63,780 nt of DNA, filler included, from Octopus bimaculoides (GCF_001194135.2; 4 parts of 4 records of this genome joined end to end with filler, not necessarily neighbours in it), one strand, 5' to 3'; shown: positions 12,619-26,909, numbered from the whole stretch's first letter. Notes: generated by a model not told the origin, from the sequence alone. Numbers and translations are program-made.

Positions 12619-14376
12619 TGTATGGTCTTTTTGTTTGTTTCAATCTAGTTTATCTAGTAACTCGGGGAATTGTATATAGAGAGCACTAGATCTCCTATAC
12701 TGTTCATTCTTCCGTTTCTTGGTTTCTTAGTGGTTATCTTTAACATTTTGTGTTATTTGTGCTACTCTGCAATGTGTGTTCAGTGCTAAGTGATTTTGCG
12801 TTGTTTGAAGAATTTATGGCTCTTAACATATAATATACTTTATATACCGAGTCTGATGATTTGTTTTGTTACATTTTAATAACATATTGTAATGGAGGGT
12901 CGTGTTTTACTGGAGATAGATATCTAGTTCAAAAGACTTTATTAATGTTTTTCAGTAGCACAGACCTATGTGATTTAATAAGCGGAAAGCTTTGTGTTCT
13001 GTGGTAAACATAATCTAGGTATTTTGTGTGCAGCACTGGTATTCTAATTTCTGTGTGTTGTGTATGGTTTGAGGTAGGATGTCGTTATATATTTGTCTTA
13101 AATTATGTAAAACTTCTTAAATGCATGTATTATTATGAGGCTAAGAAAAGGAATTAGGCTACACCGGTGGAGCTAATGCAATGCAATAAGAAGAAAATAA
13201 GGTATGATCCCATCGAAATTGAGTATAGAGATTTTGCAGGCCAGGCTCTCTAAGACGCTTAAAGCATGCTTAGCATCACAGTGACCAGTAGGCGGAATGC
13301 CATCAGGTCGGATGAGTAAACAGCAGAGATTACCCTAAGGTGGTTGTAGATCAGGTGTTGCGAGCCCTGGAGAGGTCAATGCTATGAGAAACATTGCTTA
13401 CTGGATCAACACCGGCTGGGACATTTACGGGTGAGTGTCAGATGTCTAAACAATCGACACACTTACTGGCACCAAGAAACTTCACCGAAGTTCTGTCCAG
13501 GGACATTACAGGTTGCATCATATAAATATTGCTATATTTATAATCAGATCTTTATTTTTAACAAGCTTAGTTACTAATGGCGACACCAGCGCCTGTTCTG
13601 GCATAATATTTATATATATATATATATATCACTTCCGGGACGATGTACCACTGCTATCTTTAACAGTCGAGCATCCATCATTGACGAGGCCAAGGAAGGT
13701 TGAAATCATATGATCTATTTGTCTTGGTACCACAGGTGGCGGGGATTTATCTTCCCACTAGCAATATAAACAAGGGTACATTTGGCACCAATAGCCAATA
13801 TGAGATTTTCTCTCATGTCATCTACTACAGTATAGTTTGTTCCAACAGAATATTCACAGTTAAGTTGGGATAAATTTTACCACTCCTTATAATTGTGTAT
13901 ATGATCTCTCCAATTCGACCAAATAAACATAATCACGTCTTGAAATTGATATTTGAAGAGTTAATTTGTTTCCAGATGGGTCGCATAGGGAACCTGTTGA
14001 TTAGCCCCTAATATTTCTGGCTAAATGTGCACACCTATGCGTGGTCGCATTGTAACATTTCTGGTCCTTGTTAGCGCTGTCTCTTTTATGTGCTAATTTA
14101 AAATAATGAGATGATATTGAGTGTATGAATCGCACCACAATCTCTCTCCTAATTGTAAATGTATTCTCTTTTCGATTAGACTAGGCAGATCGGATGTAGT
14201 GAAATGTTTCTTTAAACCTCCCAATATTCTGTAGTTATTTATTGATATTGTTAACATGTACTGTTTAGCTGCTTCATAGTCGACATGAACATTGACTAAT
14301 AATATTTCCGTCAATTTTCTTTTAAAACATACATAAATATGTGCGAATACACACTGGCTCACTTCGAAACGCTGAA

Positions 14377-14458
<82 letters not shown>

Positions 14459-14885
14459 TAATAAGTAGTCATACTTAATTATGCCTTACACATTGAAGAC
14501 ATTTATAGATAGAGAGGTTGTTTACGTCAAAAGAATTTTAGACAAGTGCTAGGAATATGAAATGATTTGTTTTCTACCTGTAAAATTCGAGGTACATGAA
14601 GCTGTGAATCATTACATGTAAATATGGGGTTAAAACCCTTTTGCATAGGGGTCACATAATACATATATAAATACCTAAGTATGAATGTATGTTTATATTT
14701 ATGTATGTAGGTGGGTAGATATATAGGAAGGTAAGTATGTAGTTTATATCTAATTAGAAAAAATTAAGCGGTCAATAAAGTAACTTAATATTGTTTCTTA
14801 GACTAATATATAGAATTAAATTATTAATGATTCATTAGACGTATTGTAGACGTTTTCGTGATGCGAGAACCACTAAGTAAATGTG

Positions 14886-14918
<33 letters not shown>

Positions 14919-15987
14919 AATACATATATACATATATACACGCACGTGTGTATGTTCGGGCGTACCTGCGTGTATGTGTGTGTAGTAAAACCTGTTTGAT
15001 GGTCTCACCAGTATATCCTGGTGAGGAGGGTTCCTAGAAACCTAGCAAGACTAAACGCAAGAGCACCAACCCGAGAAATTCTGCGGGAAGTCAGCATAGA
15101 GTGAGGCACCGCTGCGTGTACGAATAAATTAAAATAGGAAATAGAAGCACCTCTCTTCTAATATACATTATCGCCCACACATACAGAACGTACGTACCTC
15201 GTGTGTTTGCCGCCATTTTCTTTGCCTTGAATTTCACCTTTATAATAACAACTAATTCAAATTTTCTCACGGTATTTACGTTATAGTATGTTAATAAGTA
15301 AATCTATACTCTACTAAAATGTATTAAGTAACCTAAACTGTAATGCTACACTGATGTTATATGTAACTTGATATAAAAAATACTAACATTTATATGTAGT
15401 ATGTTTAGATATAGAGTAATTCGTAAACAGGCCAGTCTGCCGTGAAACTCTGACTAGTATGTCAACATTTTGATTTAATAATCATTTAGACAGAGACATA
15501 TATATAGACAAGTATTTCTAAATATATGATGGTACGGTATACATACACATACATAAATATAACTATCAGTATGCATACACACATAGTCATATATATATAT
15601 ATATANNNNNNNNNNNNNNNNNNNNNNNNNNNNNNNNNNNNNNNNNNNNNNNNNNNNNNNNNNNNNNNNNNNNNNNNNNNNNNNNNNNNNNNNNNNNNNN
15701 NNNNNNNNNNNNNNNNNNNNNNNNNNNNNNNNNNNNNNNNNNNNNNNNNNNNNNNNNNNNNNNNNNNNNNNNNNNNNNNNNNNNNNNNNNNNNNNNNNNN
15801 NNNNNNNNNNNNNNNNNNNNNNNNNNNNNNNNNNNNNNNNNNNNNNNNNNNNNNNNNNNNNNNNNNNNNNNNNNNNNNNNNNNNNNNNNNNNNNNNNNNN
15901 NNNNNNNNNNNNNNNNNNNNNNNNNNNNNNNNNNNNNNNNNNNNNNNNNNNNNNNNNNNNNNNNNNNNNNNNNNNNNNNNNNNNNNN

Positions 15988-16022
<35 letters not shown>

Positions 16023-16353
16023 TATTTATATACATATATATACTGAGTGTGTATATGTGTTTACTGTATGTCTGTACAAAAATCAAAGAAAGAAACAGAT
16101 ATTTTCCAGAGGCATTCACGCTATACACTTCGTTAGTTCATAGTGAACGAAAGAAATATATTTGATAACATATTTCTAAGGACATAGAACTTATCTAATA
16201 CGGATTACTCAATTCAGTACTTTCGTGTGGCATTTATTTGATATATTTGCCTTTCTAATTAAATAACAATCCTTAGGTAACCTAATATACTATAATATAA
16301 TATAACATATTATACATTATAACATACATTATATTATATACAGACGCTATAAG

Positions 16354-16445
<92 letters not shown>

Positions 16446-16470
16446 CGCATATACATATATACATATATAC

Positions 16471-16518
<48 letters not shown>

Positions 16519-18721
16519 ATACATATAGGTGTCTATATATATATTCTATATATGTATATATATATATATATAATATATATACGTATATGTATATATATAC
16601 ACACACATATATACATATATATTTTTATGTGTGTGTAATATGCATATATACATACATACATACACGCATTATAGTATCATTTGCGCACTAGTGCGATAAA
16701 CAAAATAGCATTGCTTGCCATTTTAGTTATCAGATCTATCGATCAATATATAGGCAATCGATCTGACTGATCATCAATATATTCGATTTATGTGTGTTGT
16801 ACGCCAATGTCTGAAGTACAAATTGTTTCTTATTTCTAAACTTGCAATATGAAGAAACATAGAAACCACACTCAACATCTTTCCAAAACGAAACTATACG
16901 ATTGTTCGAATTGCTAGAAATCGCAGCTAAATTTGTCATCTATGCTCTATTTTTCCACTTGAAAGACAAACGAAGGTGACGTCACATACATAATGCTAGT
17001 AACTGTTAGGGGTACGTTTTCAACCAATTATACCGGCGCCAGTTATTTTGTTGTACAATGATTTAAAGACACCAAAGTGACAAATGCAAATTTTATCGCA
17101 CTCAGATTTGAAATCTGAACAAATAGCGACAACATGATATTTTGTGTGATGCTCAATCCTTCAACCTTCTCCACTATCTCCTCCAGGGAAGCTCGTGATG
17201 GAAAAAATCCTGAGACAATTCATCCGTATGTTGCAATAAGAAGCAACTATCATATCGCTTTGATTGTAGATTCTCAGCGTGACGAATCCAATCATCTTCT
17301 TCCTGGTCTGCACCTAGGCTTGAATAATCCGTCTTGCAGTTCCTTTCCTGCAGTAGTAACAGAATTGTCACATATCAATGCGGAGAGGATCCGTGATAAA
17401 TGAGTTAAACACGATCGAGTAATATTCCTTAACAGATCCACCCCATTTCAATTGCTTGTATTCGAGATTGTACCCTTTCGGTTATCAAGCTACATTCATA
17501 ACCATAAATGAGGGTAGGGACAAAAACCAAATTGAGGATATGAATGTTAGCTTCTTGACCAAATTTTCCTTTCGTAAGGATCGAAAGCTGTAGCTGGCAA
17601 ATTACTGTAGCACCATGTTGTTGGGTGGGGATTAGATAATTGATGCAAAAATCTTCTGCAAGAATATAGTATGAAATGGTTTGAGAGTGAATCCTTTATT
17701 TTTCATCTTGGAACCTTCCTTATTCTATCGATGTGATTGTTTGTTCTAATCCATCCATGATCCAACTCAGAAAAACTCCAAGGAAATTTCTTTAGTCCGA
17801 ACCACCTATCTTTTTTATTTATATATACTTCATCTAGATCTACATAATCCAGTGTACCCTAGAAAATGCTATATGGGTAAGATTTGGCGGCTACATTTAG
17901 TTTATCAATTTACAGTCCAGAAGCTTTTTCGTTGACCTATAATCGCAGGCGGTGGTTTCAAAGTTTTTTATTGCTTTCGTCAAAATATGCAAAATATCTT
18001 GGACAGCCGAGACCTATTTTATGAGCACAAATGTTATCTGAGTCAGTTAATTACTTGTTAACGTATTGTGCAAATCAAATCTCAATCAATTTAATTGACT
18101 CGTGATCAAATCATCGTACGTTTTGCGGGAATGCTTTTATTTCTTCCTAATGCAATAAATTTAAGCGATGTCAAAATGAGTTACTTGTTTCAAAATGCAG
18201 TGAGTGTGGGGACTGAGGCTTTTACTACAGTTCAGTATAGTATCCAATGGGTCGTAACTCTTTACCGCATTACCTCTCATTGGAATACGAAGCCCACAAA
18301 CGGTCATTGATTTTTTTCCTTTTACGTTTGACTAAACCATTAACGAAAACCCCCAACATTATTTTAGCGCTACCATTAACAGGAGTATGGTGACTAAAAT
18401 ATATCAATACCCATCTAGAGCACGGGGTAGTAACAGTTGCAATGTTTTAGATAGTAGATATGTTTGATCAATGCTCACCTAGAGTTGAACAGCAACCTAG
18501 ACTGAGGGTGAGAAGCAAATACAATAAAATTTTCACCCTCTGCTCGTCACAGAACAATATACATAGCCAACCCTCAAACACACCTCCGACAAATGCAATA
18601 TTTGATACTCGATACTTATTAACATGGAGATATCTGAAATTTCTCCGAACTGGAACGAAAAGTACTTGTATGCTGATGTATTTATCGTCCTAATTTCCTA
18701 AACGAACACCTATCTATCTAT

Positions 18722-18755
<34 letters not shown>

Positions 18756-18795
18756 NNNNNNNNNNNNNNNNNNNNNNNNNNNNNNNNNNNNNNNN

Positions 18796-20069
18796 TTGAG
18801 TCATCCCATAAATGATGCAGTTTTTTATACTTTTATTTTTCAAAATTAAGATAAACAAAGGTCTTTTTTAATCTAAAATATAGTCTCCTTCATTTTCGAA
18901 AATAGTCTTCATTTATCTGCTAGAATTTCAAAACCCCTCTTCCAAAATTTCCTCCTCCGTGACGTTAAATATTCCTCTGACCTCGTTTACAGAATTCATA
19001 TTTTTCGCGTCCAAACGATTTTGATGAGTGCGGAATAAATGATAATCAGATAGGGAAATGCTCGGCGAATATGGTTGCTGGAGCATCGTTTCCCATTCAA
19101 ACTTCTCCAGCCTTTGGAATGCCATCCTCGCTGTAGGCCGCTGAGCATTATCCTGATGGAAAAACACATTTTGGCTTGAAACCAAAGATGGTCGTTTTTC
19201 TTCTAGCGTTGACTTAAGCCGCCCAAACTACTCGCAGTATATCACCTTTGTTATCGTTTGATTTGGTTTGAAAAGTTCAAAGTGGACTAAACCTTTCATG
19301 TCCCAACAAACAAATATCAGCACCTTACGTGGGTGAAGACCTTCTTTAGCCTGGGCTGTAGATGTTTCTCCTTTCCATAGCCACTGACTTCGGCGCTCGG
19401 CGGTTTAACAGAGTACCCATTTCTCATCACCTGTCATTATTCGGTCCAAAAAATGGTTCATTCCTGAGACGTGACAGCAAAGATGAGAATACATTCAGTC
19501 ACTGCGCGCGATCAGATTCGGAAAGTTTGTGAAGAACCCACTAATACAATTTGCTGACTTTTCCGATGACACGTAGGTGTCGATGAATGCTTGAATGACC
19601 AAATCCAAGCTCCTTTTCTAGTTGATCAATAGTTACGATCGTATTTTGTTCTAACAGCTTTTGCAGGACGTCCTCGTTGAGCTCTGTAGATCATCCAATA
19701 TGAGACTCGTCTTCTAGGCCGTAGTTTCCGGGTCTGAATTTCTGGACCTACAGATGACACTGGCTTACGCTTATTGTCCGATCCCCATATCCTACATTAA
19801 TATTCCTCGCACTTTTCGTTGCGTTGTTGCGTTTACTGAACTCATAAATCAAAATATGCTGAATATGCTTCTTTGTTACCTCCATTATATATTTGAAAAT
19901 TAAGTGTTAAAATTGAACTGCACTACTCAAAACTTTCACTAAGAATAAGGACAGGAGAAAATTACTTATTGCTTTTATAGCAAGTTCATACAAGTAGTTT
20001 ATCGCGTCCCTCTCCGACATTTAGCTAATGCAACTGGAAAAACCACATTATTCATGGGATGACGCAATA
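18796..20069 (-). mobile_element. Near full-length mariner element with both TIRs, transposase pseudogenised
   Basis: TIRs ttgagtcatcccataaatgatgcagttttt (18796) and aaaaaccacattattcatgggatgacgcaa (20038-20067) match at 25/30, with TA at the right end. Minus-strand ORF from ATG 19885 (MEVTKKHIQHILIYEF...) to FFHQDNAQRPTA...PYSPSISLSDYHLFR with stops and frameshifts. Confidence 0.92.
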
Positions 20070-20082
20070 TAACGCACAGACA

Positions 20083-20121
<39 letters not shown>

Positions 20122-21183
20122 TTTCATCCACTCGAGTTTATTGCTGAAGTGTTTGTTGCAGGTATGGTTAACTCTACGGTATTCTTGTTGGCTGTTTGTC
20201 ACGAAGGTGCCTCTTTTGTGTGATGTACTGGTGTTTTTAGTGCATGCAGCAGGACTCAGTACTCTCTTTCGTTCCTGGTACTGGTTTTATATATAGCGAA
20301 TTTATATATNNNNNNNNNNNNNNNNNNNNNNNNNNNNNNNNNNNNNNNNNNNNNNNNNNNNNNNNNNNNNNNNNNNNNNNNNNNNNNNNNNNNNNNNNNN
20401 NNNNNNNNNNNNNNNNNNNNNNNNNNNNNNNNNNNNNNNNNNNNNNNNNNNNNNNNNNNNNNNNNNNNNNNNNNNNNNNNNNNNNNNNNNNNNNNNNNNN
20501 NNNNNNNNNNNNNNNNNNNNNNNNNNNNNNNNNNNNNNNNNNNNNNNNNNNNNNNNNNNNNNNNNNNNNNNNNNNNNNNNNNNNNNNNNNNNNNNNNNNN
20601 NNNNNNNNNNNNNNNNNNNNNNNNNNNNNNNNNNNNNNNNNNNNNNNNNNNNNNNNNNNNNNNNNNNNNNNNNNNNNNNNNNNNNNNNNNNNNNNNNNNN
20701 NNNNNNNNNNNNNNNNNNNNNNNNNNNNNNNNNNNNNNNNNNNNNNNNNNNNNNNNNNNNNNNNNNNNNNNNNNNNNNNNNNNNNNNNNNNNNNNNNNNN
20801 NNNNNNNNNNNNNNNNNNNNNNNNNNNNNNNNNNNNNNNNNNNNNNNNNNNNNNNNNNNNNNNNNNNNNNNNNNNNNNNNNNNNNNNNNNNNNNNNNNNN
20901 NNNNNNNNNNNNNNNNNNNNNNNNNNNNNNNNNNNNNNNNNNNNNNNNNNNNNNNNNNNNNNNNNNNNNNNNNNNNNNNNNNNNNNNNNNNNNNNNNNNN
21001 NNNNNNNNNNNNNNNNNNNNNNNNNNNNNNNNNNNNNNNNNNNNNNNNNNNNNNNNNNNNNNNNNNNNNNNNNNNNNNNNNNNNNNNNNNNNNNNNNNNN
21101 NNNNNNNNNNNNNNNNNNNNNNNNNNNNNNNNNNNNNNNNNNNNNNNNNNNNNNNNNNNNNNNNNNNNNNNNNNNNNNNNNNN

Positions 21184-21229
<46 letters not shown>

Positions 21230-21234
21230 TGTGT

Positions 21235-21455
21235 GTGTATATGTTTGTGTGTCTGTGTGTGTCCCCCCAACATCGCTTGACGACCGATGGTGGTGTGTTT
21301 ACGTCACCGTAAATTAGCGGTTCGGCAATAGAGAGCCGATAGAATAAGTACTAGGCTTTCAAAGAATAAGTGCTGGGGTCGCTTTGCTCGACTAAAAGCG
21401 GTGCTCCAGCATGGTGACAGTCAAATGACTGAAACAAGTAAACGAGTAAAAGAGT
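21235..21455 (+). mobile_element. SINE 3' half (gcggtgctccagcatgg family)
   Basis: Shares catcgcttgac..ccgatg.tggtg.gtttac and ggcggtgctccagcatgg..cagtcaaatgactgaaaca with the copy at 56436-56765. Confidence 0.8.
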
Positions 21456-21769
21456 ACTCGGTAGCATATTATGCTTGCCAATGTACTACCAACAATTAAT
21501 GTATATGTACGAGTTTTTTCGTGAATGTGTTTAATATGCAAAATTGGTTTAAACAATTGTGTTACCCTGCTAAACTTAGTGGCTATCCAAACTACGTATT
21601 TGTGGATAGTTAAAGTGTTTGATGTGGTACTGGAAAAGTAACTCCTGCAATATTCCTATATACCCATTATCTGTTTTCTCTCAGCGATTGCATTGTTTAC
21701 AAAGACCTATTCCTGTACAACACATCTTAACCATCAGTGCTGGCTCTAAGAGATATAGAAATCTGTAGA

Positions 21770-21816
<47 letters not shown>

Positions 21817-21916
21817 NNNNNNNNNNNNNNNNNNNNNNNNNNNNNNNNNNNNNNNNNNNNTTAATTAATTAANNNNNNNNNNNNNNNNNNNNNNNNNNNN
21901 NNNNNNNNNNNNNNNN
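21817..21916. other. Artificial scaffold join (44 N + TTAATTAATTAA + 44 N)
   Basis: TTAATTAATTAA at 21861-21872 (stop codons in all six frames) flanked by exactly 44 N on each side. Confidence 0.95.
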
Positions 21917-23344
21917 GTGAAACAGACTTGCAAACTTAATGCTGTATTTCCCTTATTGTTTCAGTGGAAACTTAAGTAAAGTCTCAAGATGATCCAATTA
22001 TTGGTAAATGCTCCAGTTTTTAACTCAACAAAATTTATGTTGTTTTGGCTAATCCATGCTATCATGTAACATTAGGTGTTAATAAATTAAAATCCATAAT
22101 GTGGAGAAGCCTTAGGTGCATGACAAGGTAAACAACTGCTTTTCCCCATCTTTCCCTTCAGCCAGTGAGCCCCAAATGATCTAATTCATCATGCTGCATT
22201 TCAATTGTTATAATCTGCTGGCACTTTTCTCCTCTCCAGCTATTATTGGTTAATCCTGTTAGACCCCACATAGATTCCTTACTCAGTAAACTAAGTAGGG
22301 TTGGCCAGTTTAGTTGCAGACAGTCTTGCCACAGCTGCAATTTGAAAGAGAGAATTCCTTGTTTGGAATTCTCTTTGATGTAATCATTAAGCAGGCATTC
22401 AATTTTTCCTTTTGTTTGGCATTATCGTTCTATCATAATTGAGAAAATTGAAACTGAGTCCACAGTCAATGAAAGTAACTCTTGTAATTGTAAATTTTCC
22501 TCTTACAGTCACATATATATATATATCATAGGGGTAGATGGATGAAGAGTCACGTTTTTCTGTAGTGTTTTTTAAGCACTAATTTGCTCTGTTTTATTAA
22601 TCAAATATTTTTAATAAATAGAATTATTGTTACTGATACATATAGTAAAAATGTTAATATCTTTTTGTCTTCAATTGATCTCTTGCAAAGAACATAAGAA
22701 CAATTATTAATGAAGGTATAATCTTTGATTTAGAAGAAAGTGTTGTATCCATGCCCTCCGAGAATGATAAAGTCAATGTGATTAACGCTTTTCTTAAACA
22801 TCTGCAAGATTTTGACTGCAGGAAAAACTTGGTCAGGGGAAGAATTCGTGGGGGTTGACATTTTGTGAAGGAATAGTAGTAAGTGTGAGGCTTGGAGTGT
22901 TAGAGACAGTAAGAATGATGAAAGGAAGAGAAGAGAGACAAATGACTCATGGGTGCCTGAATGGACTAGGCATTAGACTGGCCATTACTGAGGAGCAGAG
23001 GTTAGTGTATTAGTAGTGGAAGCTATAGAGATGAAACAGTACATACGTGGACCATAGCATGAGGCTTTAATTGTGGTCATGAAATAAAGTAACATTAATC
23101 TGAAGACCACAGATTTGTTTCCAAGATCAAATTTGGAACATTTCTGACAATATTTAAAGTTATTAACTTATATATATAGTTTATATTTTTATTTGTGTAC
23201 ATACTTTAATTTTTACTTTTTCAGATTAATTTTGTTTGTAATGACTACAAAGAATGTCAGAAGTGGTTTTTAAGAAGGTAAAAAATTTTTTTTATTCATC
23301 ATAATCCTCTTTCTCTTGATATTTTTGCTTTTCTTTAATGTTGT

Positions 23345-23530
23345 GGCATTCCTAAAGCATATGACCTGGTGGTTAGAGTGTTGGGACTTAAAATCATAAA
23401 GCTGTGGGTTTGATTCCTGGACTGAGCAGCATGTTGTGTCCTTGAACAAAGCTCATCATTTCACATTGCTTCAGTCTACTCAGTTGAAAATGAGTACCAG
23501 CTGACTGCTGGTGCTGCTATGTCTCCCTTC
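23345..23530 (+). mobile_element. tRNA-derived SINE (CpG-decayed)
   Basis: ggtggttagagtgttggg...gggtttgattcc head and tgttgtgtccttgaacaaag body. Confidence 0.7.
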
Positions 23531-23714
23531 AGCTGTCGTATTCTCAGTGTTTTGCTGAGTCAAGGATGGGAGGGAGGAGAGAGTGTTTATGTCTACTCAC
23601 AACTAGATGGGCACCAAAAGCAATTTCTGAAATCCTGATACAAGTTACCCAGGCATATTTACTTGCAAGTGACGACCAAAATTTAAAAATTGTTTTGATT
23701 GATTGTAATACTGA

Positions 23715-24180
23715 AGTTGGTGCAAAGATGGTTGTATAGTTAAGAAGTTCACTTTGGACCCACATGTTTAAGGGTTCAGTCCTACTGTATGGACACTACT
23801 GGTTAGTGTCCTTTACTGTCGCTGCAGATTGACCAATAGCTTGTGAATGAAATTTGTTGGCAGAAACTGAAGAGGCCCATCATATATATATGTGTGTCTA
23901 TGTGTGAGAGTTTATATTTCCCCATCATCTTCACATGTGTGCACTCATCATAAACAATGTCTCATCATTCACACAAATGGTGCTATTTGCTTGCAGCCCA
24001 TGACAAAAGCATGTCTGGGCTGTTGTTTGATAGACTGATGGATTATTGACTTTGCTTGGAAATAAGTGAAAATTGACATCAGGAAGGGCATCCAGCCATA
24101 GAAAACTACGCCTAAACATAGTCTCATCTGGCCCTAGCAAGCATGGAAAATTAGATGTTAAAACAATGATCATGATGAAA
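23715..24180 (+). mobile_element. SINE with RTE-like 3' tail (aggaagggcatccagcc...gcatggaaaa...gatgatg)
   Basis: tRNA-like head (gatggttgtatagttaagaag...gggttcagtcc) and a 3' end shared with 25545-25911. Confidence 0.65.
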
Positions 24181-24489
24181 ATTATTTTCTGACAACAGAA
24201 CAACAAATTGTGCCAAATGCCATGTGATAAAGTGTGGCATACGTTAATAAAATTTCCTGTAAATGTATAGTCTCTTGATTAACTGTTGTTCACAACATTT
24301 GATATGAGCTTTCCAAGCATCTGATATGTAGACTTATTTGTTATTGTGTCTACAATAACTTTAATAACAGGATTATGGAACACATTAATTTAACTTGTAA
24401 TAACTTCATGAATACATATGCAAAATTAATGAAATTTTGTTTTAGTATTTTGTTGGCCCTTCTTTAGCAAATCTTGTGGCTTTCATCTG

Positions 24490-25260
24490 ATTTATTAAAT
24501 CATATGCAAGAGATGATAATCTCTGGTCAATGCTTCTTTCAGCTTTGTAAGTGATGTCATTTTTGGCAAGCTTGCAGGCAGCCTTCTCTCTTGATGTTTC
24601 CATATGGGTTCTGTTGGATTAAGATTAGTCCTTGAGAAACCCATTTCAGACATTTGTTTCTCTGAGTTCATTCTTTTCCAAGTTTGTGAAAGCTTGTATG
24701 GCATGGGGCTCCATCTTCTCAGAAAGATCAATCTTATCAATTCCTACATTGGAATAAAGTGTTTGACAGTATTTTGGGCTATTAAAATGATTTTCAGAAA
24801 AATGAGCTCTGATCTGTCAGTACCTCCCCACTCCCACAATAACTCCAAACTTTCTCATGTTAAACTATTCCTTACTAACTGTCTCTCATGTTTCAGTTTT
24901 GATGCACCTCACATATATTTATCTTGAATTGAAAAATTGGTAGGATTTACTTTTGTTGACTATATTATTGACACGCAAAATGCATCTTACTTGTTGCAGA
25001 TTTCTTTAGCCTTGTCCTACCTATTGGTCTTTACTAGCTTTTGAAATTATGGATTTCTTTCTTATAATTCTTCATTCGTATCCAAAGCCTTTCAGTGACA
25101 TATCCATAGAACTTGCAACTTCTCTAAGAGTTAAGTTGCTTTTTAATTATTCTTAAAACTCTCTTTGTCTTCTCAGAAACTTTTGTAGCCTCTCAGATTT
25201 CTTCTTCATTCAGCAATGCCTTTCAGTCCATCTCTTGGCTATGTTATTCCTTGTTTGATG
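24490..25260 (-). mobile_element. Tc1-like transposase remnant
   Basis: Minus strand gives RKKSIISK, EDGAPCHT and NLNPTEPIWKHQERRL...TSLTKLKEAL, equivalent to Tc1 QDGAPCH / SPDLNPIE.W motifs; many stops. Confidence 0.8.
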
Positions 25261-25544
25261 ATTAATAATAAAAATTAGGCTACCTCTTGAATGAGTTTTC
25301 TGTATTAATACAAACCTTGTCTGTTTGTAAATTCATTGGTGTATTTTTTCCCAATATCTCTTATTGTGTTTTGTCAAATAAAAGCTACAATTAATCTGAA
25401 AACACAAATTTATGTGTCTCTAAAGAAGAGAAAACATATCCAATTAGAAATAAATAAAGAAAAGAAAACTGAAATAATCAACAGGTATTAGAAACTTTTG
25501 GTAGGCCACTGTAATACTTCTTCAAAAGCCCTTTAGTATTCTGG

Positions 25545-25911
25545 ACTGGTTCTTGTGCGGGTGGCACATTAGATGCACCATTTTGAGCGTGGCCGTTGCC
25601 AGTACCGCCTGACTGGCTCCTGTAGGATTTTCGAGCGAGATCGTTGCCAGTGCCCCTGGACTGGCTTGTGCGGGTGGCACATAAAAGACACCATTTCGAG
25701 CGTGGCCGTTTTCGTGCGGGTGACACGTAAAAGCACCCACTACACTCTCTGAGTGGTTGGCGTTAGGAAGGGCATCCAGCTGTAGAAACTCTGCCAAATC
25801 AGACTGGAGCCTGGTGTTGCCATCCGGTTTCACCAGTCCTCAGTCAAATCGTCCAACCCATGCTAGCATGGAAAGCGGACGTTAAACGATGATGATGATG
25901 ATGATGATGAT
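25545..25911 (+). mobile_element. Young RTE-related SINE 3' part with internal tandem modules and (GAT)n tail
   Basis: Repeated gtgcgggtggcaca...caccattt.gagcgtggccgtt modules, then aggaagggcatccagc...catggaaagcggacgttaaacgatgatgatg; CpGs retained. Confidence 0.85.
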
Positions 25912-26909
25912 TATTCTGTCAAATACTTATTTATTCACATTGTTTTGATTTAATCATGCCCTATCTCACAGCCTCCAGATTTTGATGGTGTAAGAGGTGA
26001 GATCTGGCCAGCTTAAACATAAATATTTTGGACCAGATGAGCATGTTATATACATTAGATGGAATTAGTTGTTTTAATTGTTATTTGTTAAAATGGCACA
26101 TTTCAATAGAGTATGAGCTTTTCAAGTAATTCTTAATGTAAATCTTTTGTCTGTCTATTTATGTTGTATTTCTCTTTGCTTATTCTTTTGTAATCTTTAA
26201 GTGTCATATTTATATATGCAAACTCACACATGTATTTATAACTGAATCTTTTTATTTATGTTCTTGTGGAATTCATGTTACAAATTTATTTCATAATTCA
26301 TACATTAATTACTCCAAAAAAAAAATTTCATTATTCTTTGAATAAGAAAAAAAACTCAAAAGGAAATGATGTATATTAAAAGAAGCCACCCCAGATATAC
26401 AGCAGTACTGTGAACGAGTGTGAGGTTAAGATGCTGGAGGAGCAGTGAGCAGTGCACCCTCATGAATTTTACCTAGCTTTTGGTCAAAGTAGAGACCAAG
26501 AAGTCAAGAATTTTATGGTTAACAGCCCAGCTCCTAAATTTTCAAATACTTCTGTGCCTTTTTCTGCTGAGCCATGGAATAAGTTTACCCCCATCTCCAC
26601 CACAACATTTAGATCATGTAAGGGAGTGAGAGTATCAATATCTGTAATGTCCCACATCTACCTCTTTGACAAGTATTGAATTCAGAAACTTTACTTTTGA
26701 TAAAGGGCGTCACACTTATCTACATATCAACAGTCTTCTAGAACAGAGGTTCTTGAATTGACAAATAATCTCCCCTTCCCAGTATTGAAATTTTTGCTCT
26801 CATCCTGTTTCTATTAATTAGAAGACAATAAAATTTGCATCCATACAATTCTTTGCAATAATGTTGGACAAGTTTTTAAAGTTAAAAACAATCTCAATTT
26901 TATTTAAAA

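Noticed and set aside
1001-16984. CRE palindromes TGACGTCA at 1001 and 16977
   Set aside because: Two 8-mers in 64 kb are compatible with chance, and there is no supporting context.
25822-25852. Minus-strand CUGAGGA...GAAAC inside the RTE-like SINE
   Set aside because: No stem II and no valid NUH/stem III pairing.
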